A stretch of 64,000 nt of DNA from Iphione sp. A-MEVVRFRX5. Lineage: Eukaryota. The notes below the pieces were generated by a model that had not been told where the DNA came from, searched no databases, and saw nothing but the letters and a program-made list of their open reading frames with translations. Positions 36,986-49,178 of this stretch are shown here, in pieces. The position numbers and the translations under genes were made by a program. The stretch covers positions 85,994,001 through 86,058,000 of the forward strand of contig OZ320316.1 in assembly GCA_976226885.1 (NCBI GenBank). Direction: 5' to 3'. How positions within the stretch are numbered: position 1 is the first letter of the stretch; every line of letters starts with the position of its first letter.

Positions 36986-39900
36986 ATGGAGAGGGAGGTC
37001 ACCTATGATGAAGCCTCTGTTCGCAATGTAGAAATGACAGGATCTACAAGGCAGAGGAAACGCAAAGAAGTATTACAATCTAACATATCGGAGGAAGTGG
37101 CGGAAGGGAAAAAAATTGCCATTAGGTATGTTGTCAACATATATTTCACCATATTAGTAAGTGATTACAGATCGAATCCCAATGGTATTTAATGTTAAAA
37201 TGGGCTCCAAATGTACAAAGATCATTCCAGGTAGGGGTACAGGGAGTTTTGTTTATTTAGTTTTTGAAAATTTATTTGTGCAATTATACGCAAGGACTAG
37301 TAGGTTACTCCACACATTGGTATGTTCATTGGTAAATATATGCATGTTGGCTAAAAGATAGTTTTCTTCACCATTTGCGTACATAAAAGAGATCATAAAC
37401 ATATGCGATCGTAAAAATATGTGTATGACCAGGCCGCTAGATTACAGGCGTCAAGAGGACCAGTTGGTAGATATGCCATGTAGTTGAGGTAGGTCGCAGA
37501 GGTAATTATATATCTTTGTTCGTGTAGGAGGGTTACTCCGATTCCGTCCGTATACGGTTTCTGCCTGACTCTAAGGACCTCTAGTTATGTGGAATAACTG
37601 TGCAAGAATATGAGACCAGTTATACCCATGATCAGTGGTCCAGGAAGCCTGACCTAAACCAGCATTCCATGCATAAGCCCTCGTTCAGGACTAGTCATGT
37701 GGTTTCCACCCCAGAATCGACACATGAGGGGGCATTGACACCCCCCCCCCTTCCCAAACAAGTGAATATTGTGAGAAGGCGAAAGGCGTTTTTAGTAGGG
37801 AGAAGTCAGGCAAGACTACTACTCCTTATTCACAATACAGGTTATGACAACCTGTGCATAGGGTGTAGCCTATAAGACTCAGTTTAATGGCTGACTCGAT
37901 TCTAAAACGTAAAACCTACGAAATTGGAGGCTAATTTGGCTAACTAGGTCTTTTAATCTGACCAAACTGGGCCAAAATAATGCATGATGCACCTAAGAAA
38001 ACTAATCTACAATCTACATAAAAATATATATCACGTGAATATAATAAATCTTATAAATAAACCATACGACAAAAGGCACGCACTAAACGTGACATGGATC
38101 AGTCTGGATATCGACCAATTCATCCACTCTCTATTTTTAACTACTAGAGTAATATCAAACCATTTGCCAAACCAATATATCAATAAATCATAATTGTTGC
38201 CATGTATAGTCATAGTTGTACACCGCATCGCTCATTAGTGTTCATCATTTCTTATATCGTCTTTCATATATCACTCATTACTCTTTATTTACATTCCATC
38301 TCATAGTAACATGCCAATGTAGTGGCTAAACAGACCCGTATTTAATTCTATTATATTGTAAAATCTCCTAGTTGATTCATGTACATATGGAAGATGGACA
38401 ATGTAATTTCTTGTTGTGTATTCCTGGCGATTGTAACCAGGTTAAATAAACTCTTCCAAAAAATGCCCAAATAAGCAGACATTAATTGGCCCTCTTTCCA
38501 AGCAAATTGGACCGAAATGACCATACTTTATTGGATTATCGTTTTATCTGCGAGAGAATTGGGTGCAAAACAGCCAAAATTAGCTAGACCGTCCCTTTTC
38601 TAAGAAATCCGTGAGGATATTTCGGAGTCCAAGATAGGGAAACCAGGGAGAGGGAGCAGCACACATGTACGCCTGGTCAAAGACCTCTTGGCAGTGTATA
38701 TAGCTTATAGGATGATACAATAGAGCTACATGTAGGGCGGCCAATGTTTCTTAATATGTAACAAGCACCCAATGATATCTCTATCATCTCCAGAAATATC
38801 CACCATTCTTATAGACTTAAATGCTAGACATGTTTCTTTTTCCCTCAAATCAACTCCCACTATCCAGTAGAACCTCACTATTCTGTTAATTTACTATTCC
38901 AAAACCCTCCCTATTCCAGACACAATTCCTTGGAAAATAATTGATTCGTCTGTGTTCCTATATGTGGCTCCCTCACTATTTCAAGCATAAAATCAGCTTA
39001 AAATCTTGCTCCCTCGCCCTGGGACATCCTCTCCCTTTCCTCTCTGATGTCCTCAAACCTATCCTTGTGGTCTCCCCATCCTGTCTGATGTCTTGACACC
39101 AATTTCTGCCCTCTTGCCATCCTCTCTATGCCATCCGTGGGATTATTGTGCATAAGTCATTTCATGTAAAAATCTACCTAATTTACATATCACTTGAATG
39201 AAAAATGCACGATGTCACGTTTTTTGGTACAATCTCAAGACATTGGTGCCGAAATACAGCTCCCTCAGCATTCAACCAACCTCACTATTACAGACATGTT
39301 CACTTGGAACCAATTGACACATCTGTACTGTCACTTAGCCATGCCCACCCATCACAACATGACAGTCATACTTTCACGATGATCACGTACAATGTTCAAA
39401 TTTTTTTAAAAAGTATAGTATCAGAATACTGCACTTTCTCATATACTTTAAAAATAAATATAGATGCCTCAGCATGTTCTCAATGAATATAATATCTATA
39501 CATTAACATAACCACAATAATGACATCTGACATTAATAATTATGATACTGTCACATGCAAGTGACAGTGTTACATGGTTGCATGAGTAACGTGACAAAAT
39601 AGCATGTCATTGGCTATGGAACATTTTGATTGACAGATATCATGATCATAAAAAATGTACATGTAGTCCTGTGATGCAGCGATGTGTCAATTAGTGTCAG
39701 AATAGCGAGTTTATACTGTACATGCAAGCTGCACAATCATAGGTTAGTGTGACTGTGCCATCAGAAAAAGTTATTGTCTTGAAGATCTTGATGTTTTTGC
39801 CTTAAAAATTGATGCACCCATCTCAAACTTTATACATGTTGTATGGTTTGAATGCTAAATTTTACATCCGAACAGGGTTGCATTGAATGTGATGATAAGT

Positions 39901-42900
39901 GAAATGTGTTTGCATGCTTAGTCAAAATAAACCTACAAGTGAACCAACAAGTACAATGTATAATTATGGTGTGTGAGTGATGTTGGTATTTCAAAATTTT
40001 TATATACCACTTAGAATGGACCCATTCATTCTTGCTAGAAGTCCTGTGTGAATATGGCCTGCTTAAGAGCACCATGTATATTGACTCCTATCTTAAAAGT
40101 TCCAACTTTCCACTGCTGTATTTCTGTCAATTCTTCACAGAAATCTCTGAAACCTTGACCAAATAATCCCTAATATATGCTACCTACACATATGCAAACC
40201 TTTTTTTCTTACCAACAATAGGTTTTTAGTTGTGGCCTGAGAGTCTCCCATCTCTGCCACATGTACATGTACATTGTTTCACAAGGGAGGCCTTTAGTAC
40301 CTCATGTGCTGATTAGGTGTTACTAAGGCAACAGGCCACGCCCCATCTAGAATGGTAAAACATGCATCATTGCATTAGGCCTAGTCGATAGATCTATCGG
40401 CCCCTCCACGATTTCCCAGGAGTAGGTCTTACAATACCTTATACTTCCCTGGACCATTCCCGCATGCACATATCAAAACTGGAGAAATGGAATTCCGGCC
40501 TTGACAAAGGTTATACTGTGTCAAGCACACATAATGAAAGCAGAAGCTAATGTGTTGTGCCCAACAGACTTAGACAGATACTAAGAAGTCAAAGTGTCAC
40601 ACAGAAACATACCTGTGGCTATCTTTCTTGGAGCGGGGAACCAATAATATGGGGGATAATTATACAGTGTCGGCTGCCTTTGATTATTTCTAAGTTAAGG
40701 TTAATGTTTGAATGAATCTTGTGAGGAGTTTGCCTTCCTTTGAGGGAAACTAATTTAAGACAGAACGGCAACGACATAAATGTAGCTATTTATGAAAGCT
40801 AGGAACAAATCTATTATTAGTTGTTCCTTTGAACTGCATGTCAAACTATCCACAGGGTTCTAAAAGGCTACCAAACATAAATAATGGGATCTCCCTATTC
40901 GTTGCTTGCTTTTTCGCATGTAAATCTGTTATGTGAGGCCCAGTCTTTGGAAAAATATATTTTTAAAGCAACGAAAGAATATTTTACGCTCTGTGTTTCA
41001 CCAGGATATCTGCAACTGAGACGCTGGCTGGCATTTACGCCCTCCTTCTGACATCGCTAGGGTTGGCCTTCCCAGTGGCAGAGTTCACATCACGTGGACA
41101 AGATTTACGGATGAAGAATAGCCATGATACGGTATCATAAAAATAGGGAATAGTTTTGTTCTGTATTATTTCGGATATTGTTAGTTTCAAATTCACGTGT
41201 AGATATGTGCATGTGTAATAATCAGTTACCCTTTAATTGACACATGGTATGTTGTTATACCCGAGTACATGTGGTTTTCTGTTGTAGTGTATGATCTGTT
41301 TCATTTTCTCTTTGTATAGGGATTTGAATTGTTTGTCTTCATAGTAAGTCTACTCTTCCAAATCTATATTTCGTGTTCTGTGAAGATTTATACATGGAAG
41401 AATACCGGGAAATTGGAATCTTCACAAAAAATTGAAGATCCTTCCAACACGGAAATTGAGACAGACCTTGGTGGAACGTATCAGCGAAGAATTAACAGCA
41501 AAGGCGAGATTTATGTTGTCGATACAAAAACGGAAAATGGGCAAGGAACTCCTAATAATATAATACCATGGCACGCCTGGCACAAAGTTGCTCCATGTAT
41601 TTACGAAATTAAGTATGGCTTCAACCTCTTTACACGAATTGGTGTCCTCGGTAAGATGATCACACATGTTCCTTACCTAAGATTTTGAATTGATTGGATT
41701 ATTTAAGATATAGTCATATGGAGCGCTTGAATATACTGAAATCCTTGTTACAGAAGGAATTCTTTCTGTGAAGTGCTACATATACAGACATGTCATTGTT
41801 GGCATGTCAATCGGAGGATTTTTTCATCTTTTGACCTTCTGATGCAGTGTTCGGTTTGAGTGGAGTGGCACAGGAAATCTGTCACATAGTGGAATATGAC
41901 AGGTCGAGGTACAAAGATATGCGTTGTCGTGATGGAGCAGCTCTGGCTGTCGTCATCATCCGCATGATTTTTTTCATCGTCCAAAGCATTTTTCTGATCA
42001 TTCATCATAAGGTGATGCATACTATAGCACTTATTGTATTTTGTTAGTATAGAGTTGTGTACAGTAGAATGCCGATTTGCGCCTACCCCTCCGGTCGGAG
42101 CTCAAATGGTTGGATTAGTAATATTGGTCGCAAATTGGTAATTCAGCGAATTTGTATGAATTTCACCATTTTCCAGTCGAATTTGCATGCATTTCACAAT
42201 TTGGGCCAAATATGCATGTATTTCACTGTTTTTCAGCTGAATTAGCACGAATTTACTGGGTTTTTTTTACCCAGGTTTGCATGATTTTACTATTTTTCAG
42301 CTGAATTTGCACGAACTTTGCAGTATAAACCAATTTCATGGTATGTAAGCCCCGGTCTCCATTCCTGCATTGGTGTCAAAGCATTTGGGTCCGCTTTGGG
42401 TCCGTTTGAGTCCATTATTATTGAACTGCAGGCTTTCTGTGAGAGGTCTCCTACACATCTGTGTGCATTTGGGTCTATTGGGGTCTGTCAATCATTAAAG
42501 GACCCTGCCGATAATTTCACGCACACAGACACCAAACACACGGCAATATACAGGAGATGGCCTTTGACTCAGGTGAAGTAGCATAAAAACAGTGGTAGAA
42601 TACATGAAAAACACATAATTACTGCACATTGCGACACTTTACCACACACTACCACATAATTCTGTCCTTTTTCATCATTTTCCACCTCACTTTGACCAAT
42701 TTTCACGGCTTTGAACATCATCTGTGTCCTTTTTCATAATTTTCCCCCTCATATTTGCTGATTTTCATGGCTTTTAGCATCATTTCTGTCCCTTTCCCTC
42801 ATTTCACGCGGCATCACACAACCTCAACACAACCTTAATATGCTCCCCCATCTGTGAGGTTGTATGAAAGGAAAACACATGTAAAACATGTTAACGCACA

Positions 42901-44698
42901 CGGAAGACAAACGCAGGTGAACACACCTCAGGCTCAACGAATATGTGCAGAATCGGCCCTAAACCGGCCAATTTGCATTATAAACCCGCCAATCCAGGTC
43001 ATGCTAACACCTCTGATTGCATGTTAGACAATGAATAACCCTTCAAAGATTCTATTTAGGGAAGAGTGGTCACATTTACAGCTCTGATTCCACGTTAGAC
43101 AATGAATAACCCTAACACCTATGGTCTCAGGATATCTGAATGGTCGCCACTGGTCGCAAAGAGGTCAAAGGGTGGAAGACAGTCTGCCCGGCAATAGGCA
43201 CATTGATAGAAGGCTTAACAGGGGAAAATGGTTTCCATTCTAAACTCATACGGTCGTATAAGCAGATTTGGGTACAAACTGGTCGCAAATCAGCATTCGA
43301 CTATACATACATGTATTGATAACATTTATTACATGTGACCTGCCTTATACTCATAATCTAGAATTCCCTTAAATGTGACACGGTGGATATCTGAAGGAAG
43401 CTTATTCAAACATATGCGTACACTGCTACTTCCAGTTGGTTTTCAACTTTCACCATCCGCTAATCAAGTTTGGGCTCCTCCACATGGTTGCTACAAACTT
43501 GATACTGTGGATCAAGACCGTTGCGCAGGACGGGGTCGGTTTTTATGTATTATTTCAAGAGTTGGAGGATCATCATACACTATACAAACGAGCCACGAAG
43601 AACCATACTGAAGGTATTTGTGGATGGTACTAATGCAATAAATGTCTTCATCGGATCACGAATTTTTTATTTTAAAAATTGTCATCTAGACTCATCTGTT
43701 ATAATTGACCTCTGAATAAAATTCTAAATGCTCATGATGTTTGGGGCCTTTTCTTTTTTGCAGAAGTAACAATGGCTGAATACCTGTGTCTCGATAAGGA
43801 CAGTATCAACTTCCGTAGCAGTTTCTACCTCAGTCCTTTAATTATTGGCTACTGTGTTCTCGCCGCCAGCATTCTCTACAAAAAATACTCCGAGGTCGGA
43901 CCGTCGGTTTACATGGTGCCTGCTAGGATGGAAGTGTGGGAGCGCGAGGGAACCTCCTCCTCCGAGGAGGAGAGGCCTCGCTGGGGGCGGCCAAACATAG
44001 GTCTAATCCTGGGGGCGGTTCTCCTTCTTGTGACATGTGGTCTGACCGGCTGGCTGCTCTTCCTGCAGGACTGGCGCGCAGACAACCGATACGTCGAGAC
44101 GATGGGACAAATCCACATTGGATGCGATCTCACCTTGAACATTATAACCTTGATCGCTTTGGTTCCGGCGTTCTACTACACCAGCAAGTTGCCATTCAAG
44201 GCTACGCCCAACGGGCTGCTGGAAAGAATGTTTCTAGGAACACTTGGGGGCATGTTTTTCTTACTTGGATTTATGACGCATTCAGCATTTTTTCTTATCA
44301 ATGACTCCGAGTTTGGTGGCCCCGCCAAGATGGCAGTGCCAGGTTGCATTCTAAACTTCATCCAAGCAAGCGCGATGTATGTCTATGTAATGGATGCCTG
44401 GCGACGCCGTTTAGCATCAATCAATCAGAACCATGGAAAAGACTGTGTAACATTTCTCATCTTTGCGAACGTTTCAATATGGCTGGTGACAAGTTTCCAG
44501 TGGAAACTTTCCTTCGGATCATTTTTATTTCTTAGGAGCTATGGTCTGCTTCCGTGGGTTCTGATCGTGAACTCAGCATTACCCCTGGCTATGTTCTTTC
44601 GATACATTGTGTGCCTGATGTTGATGGAAATGCTCCGAAAGACCTACGGTCTGCACTTAAGACGCTGGTTCTGCTTCTTCTCCACTGAGACCCATTGA
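36986..44698 (+). CDS. OTOP: Divergent otopetrin-family protein (paralogue B), 624 aa. Exons 36986-37125, 41005-41131, 41320-41650, 41848-42011, 43436-43613, 43764-44698
   Basis: GT-AG introns with phases 2,0,1,0,1 as in paralogue A; the 1875-nt CDS is open. Motifs: IYALLLTSLG, NLFTRIGVLVFGLSG, IRMIFFIVQS, KFGLLHMVATN, YLSPLIIGYC, HGKDCVTFLIFANVSIW, PLAMFFRY. Exon 1 is assigned by phase and analogy and is less certain. Confidence 0.88.
39190..39720 (+). repeat. Interspersed repeat; inverted copy at ~58880-59450
   Basis: For example, TATAGTATCAGAATACTGCACTTTCTCATATACTTTAAAAATAAATATAGATGCCTCAGCATGTTCTCAAT matches the reverse complement of ~59135-59205 with few mismatches. Confidence 0.8.
42062..43303. 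mobile_element. Non-autonomous Tc1/mariner(pogo)-type element in intron 4 of OTOP B
   Basis: TA|CAGTAGAATGCCGATTTGCG ... CGCAAATCAGCATTCGACTA|TA. It holds internal degenerate tandem repeats (42150-42320, 42655-42800), the former similar to 33380-33620. Confidence 0.65.
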
Positions 44699-44867
44699 AT
44701 AACATAACAATGTTAGAATGGGCTTTTATGTGTACGCTGTTGTATTGAGCACCAGTGCTTGTCTGCTGTATACGTGTATGTGTACCATCTTTGACAAGAC
44801 GCTTAGAACGCGCGCACAGACAAGATGCAAGCCTTATACAGTCGCTCTATACACCCCTGGCACGGAT

Positions 44868-45489
44868 AGGCCATTCTACAATCCGACTTTAACACGATAG
44901 ATATTCCCCATCTGTCTATGTATTGAAAGAACACAGCTTGAAATCGGGTCTAGAAAGTGACACTCGTGGTTTTTCCACTATGCTATTAGAAATGTACATG
45001 CAGCCATAGGAAACCAGAGTGATGCCAGTTAATTTTGGCCACTCAGGGTCAATTATGCTTGCTTCACATAAAGGCCATTCTACAATCCAAATTTAACATG
45101 ATAGATATCCCTCATCTGTCTATGTATTGAAAGAACACAGCTTGATCTGAAATCGGGTCTAGAAAGCAACAGTAGTGGTTTTTCCACTATGCTATTAGTG
45201 ATGTACATGCAGCCATAGGAAACCAGAGTGATGCCAGTTAATTTTGGCCACTCAGGATCAATTAGGCTTGCTTCACATAAAGGCCATTCTACAATCCAAA
45301 TTTTACATGATAGATATCACTCATCAGTCCATGTATTGAAAGAACACAGCTTGATCCGAAATTGGGTATAGAAAGTGACACTCGTGGTTTTTCCACTATG
45401 CTATTAGTGAAGTACACGCAGCCATAGGAAACCAGAGTGATGCCAGTTAATTTTGGCCACTTAGGGTCAATTATGCTTGCTTCACATAT
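44868..45489. repeat. Three tandem copies of a ~207-bp unit between the stop codons of OTOP B and the CNBD gene
   Basis: AGGCCATTCTACAATCC starts at 44868, 45072 and 45281, with high identity throughout. Confidence 0.92.
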
Positions 45490-45971
45490 ACTCACTACAT
45501 GTGGATTCTAAATAAATATGTGACTAGTGTGAGCAACATAAGTGACACAATAAGCATTTTTTCTGCTTGACACTTGAATGTACAAGACCCTTAAATATCA
45601 ATTTTAATGATATATGAATTTAAAAATAAATTACTTTTTTAAGGATATAGATTCGTTCAGCAACACCTTTATTTACTTTACAACTCGTGCATCATGTGAT
45701 CAAACACACTCTACAAAGTGGCTAGATACCTATAAGCAATATGGCACTTTACGTCAGGGCTCACCTTTGAAGCACGTCTCTCATTTAAGCAGATATTACA
45801 TTTACTGTGGATATTCATTTACGCCATTCGTGAGAAATGAACATCTCACATTACGAAGTACGACTCTAATACAGAAATGTCCGTGTGCCAGTTGGAAGTA
45901 AACTAAAAACTAACAGTTAATAATCACAGTTGCTTGACCATTAGTGAGTAACTGGGCTACGTCCATTGGCA

Positions 45972-48900
45972 TCACCTTGATGAAACCGGTGTTAGCTGCG
46001 ATGTCATTCGTTCCCACAGAGCAGCTTTGTATTGTGCCCATGTTTCCTTATTAAAGAGGACATCCTGGGCTTCTTCCTCGGAAATATATTCATTGCACTG
46101 TAAAAATGAAAAAAAAGGAAAATGAAAACAAATGTACTAAAATTGTATGAGTGACACATTTTTCGTCGAACTCCATTCTGTAAAGTTTACTCGAAAGCCG
46201 ATATTTACAATCTGTCCGCACGTTACGTTTTGTTAAAATTTGTTTAACGAGCATACAACTTTTACTTCTTATTTTACGTCATCATTTACATTCACCAAGT
46301 AAGGTTTGTACTATTCAGAGCTGCCTCATGTAAGGGGAAATCTTACCATAGTCTCAACTTTCAACATAGTGTTATTGCCAGCATTTTGCAGAAAGAACCT
46401 CTTGCTGATCTTAATGACTTCTGCGCCATCACTTAGCTAGTCATCAGAGGAAAATAGAAAAGTAATGTCTAAAATTAAACCACCATACCTACAATACATC
46501 CATGTAATACATTAATGCAAGTGAAGGAGCCAACGCCCCCCCCCCCCCCCCACATGTCCCCATGCCCCACCATGGCTTATGAGGACGCGATGCAAGGCAA
46601 AGACAATGCACAAACGTGAATATAAACTGGCTCCTTTGGAAATATATTTAATACAAGTACATAACCAATCTAATAATGAAAATACAAGATAGCAGAGGGA
46701 GAACTAAAAGGTTTATCTACTGCATCTGGTTAGCATATCGGGGGACATATAATTATATAAAAGGTTGGATTCAAAGCTTGGGGGCCAGGGGATATGATAT
46801 ACATGTACTATATCAAGTAACTGGGACTTACCAGGCTGACTCCTTGAGCCTCAGAGGCCAGAGCAGGTTGCATATGATCAAGTCCCTGACAATAAATTAA
46901 GTTTCGAAGTGATTTATTCCACACATTCGATATTTTATTTAACGTCTCTTCACAGTTTACATGTCATAGTGGCATATGTTTCCTTTCAAAAACAAACGTA
47001 AAACACTTATTTTGCTATATATTTACGTGATAACAAAGTCACAGAAGCACAACTATAGGCCTGTTAGCTACTTACAAAGACATCTCCGGGAGAAAGGACA
47101 CCAAGCTGAAGGTACGCTTGTCGATGCGCCTGTTCCTTTGTCCGTTTGTGATTTGGACCATTAAAGCCAGTGGTTTCATCCGTACGTTCTCTTGTCAACC
47201 AGAGAGGATGTGGATGGTAGTCGTCGCTCACATCTCGGATCGGAATGTTGATTATAGGTAGTGTAGCTTCTTTCCGACGGCGCTTCTGGAGTGAAGGGCA
47301 TTGTGGAACTTAAATGATTGATGTATCGAGCAGGCAAAGGTCCCAGTCATAGTTGAGACAGGTTAGAGATATTTTGGAAAAGAATAGAATAAACTGATTG
47401 AAAAGTCAGACAGGAAAAGACATATGCATTAGGTGAAAAATAATTGTTATGTGCCAGTAGCTATGGTGTTTTGATCAGGATGGCGGAAATATTGAGAGTA
47501 CTCTGCTTTTTATATATGTACCTCTGGGTCAGTTCCTCATGAAAGTACCAAACAATTATTTAGAGAAAATATCACCTCAGTGCTTAATTCTTTCTTCAAG
47601 ATGTCTAAGCAGACATCGTTCACGATAGCAGTGTAATTCCCCTTTATAATTTTTGTAAAATAATTATTAGACTTAATATAAACCAGACATCATAAAAACA
47701 CTCAGTAAGATAAAAACAATAACACAAGGAAATAGAGAAACTCATTCATATTTTCCTCTATCGTTTATGTTAGTTCAAGGTGAGCTAAATCAAATACATT
47801 CGCATTCTTCTGAATAATTCAAGGTGAGCTAAATCAAATACATTCACATTCTTCTGAAAATGTAAGCAAAGAAAATCAAGTAGTAATTGTTAAAACTAAT
47901 GAAGGTAACCTACATATACTTGTGAACAGAATGTGGCCTATGCAAAATAAATTTAATGTAAAGTTAGAACACTTGGGACCTTAGTTACTTACATCAGCCT
48001 TATGGAATTAATTCGATGACAGATATATACCGCACCAAATATAATGACAAAAAAAACAAATGTAACAAAATAGAATCTCATGATCAACAATCATTGTCTA
48101 TAAGATCTTTCAGTATATATAAATCATTGATGGTATGGAAGGAAGTGTTAAAATGTCTGTACTATTTCGGCGCTGCTAGTTCCCTTTGTAATGCACTAAC
48201 TATACTGTTTTCGTAATTTAACCAAAAGATAATTTAGATCATTTGTTTACTGGCCACTGCAGCAATACACAAAGTAATCCCTTCACCCAACAGAATCAAT
48301 CAACGGAATCTAGTCAATATGTACACAATAATATTTCATATGGTAAAAAGAACATTGTCTAGATTTTTATTAGATGAATTATTGGGTAATTACCTGAGTA
48401 GCTGATTGTCTCGCCGCGTCCACATCAGGTGGCGCCATGGCATCAGAACCCTGATCTTCTCCGGATTCCTGGGTATCGCCTTCGGCGTCCTTGGTAGACG
48501 GTTGGTTGGGAGCTGAAAGCACGGTTTCGTACAGTATATTTACTGGATCATATATGATTCCATACAGTTTATTTACCGAGACAGATCTGGGACAAATTTG
48601 GAGGCAATTTGAGCAAAAGAGCGCCACCTTCTACCATCTTCATTCTCTGACACTCAAAATTGAATGTACATATATGTACATATGTGATACCCTGCAAATT
48701 CAATTAAATCAAGCAACTAACCAACTGTATCGAAGAAGCTTCATTGTTCAGGGTATAATACAATGGAATGCATTAGGAATCAGCAAAACATTATGTAGTG
48801 AAACAGCAATTAAGAATTTTATATGTCTTTCACTAAGATAGTAAGGTATGCTTGCGCCAGCCAAAGTATTGAAATTGTCTTGTATGCTCAAAGTTGAGCA

Positions 48901-49111
48901 ATCTTTCTGTAAAACACCCACTGTGGATGAAGAAGATGTTCAATAAAAATGGTTTGATTTGATTTGATATCCTGATGTGGTTTCTCTGAATAAGACCCGG
49001 TTTCCATGCATCCGGATTTATTTCCTATATATGGGAGAGTCCGGAAAATTTAAGCTACTTTGCATGCCTCTCCGTACCTCTCCGGAGAGGCGGTTTTCAT
49101 GTGTCCAAATT

Positions 49112-49178
<67 letters not shown>

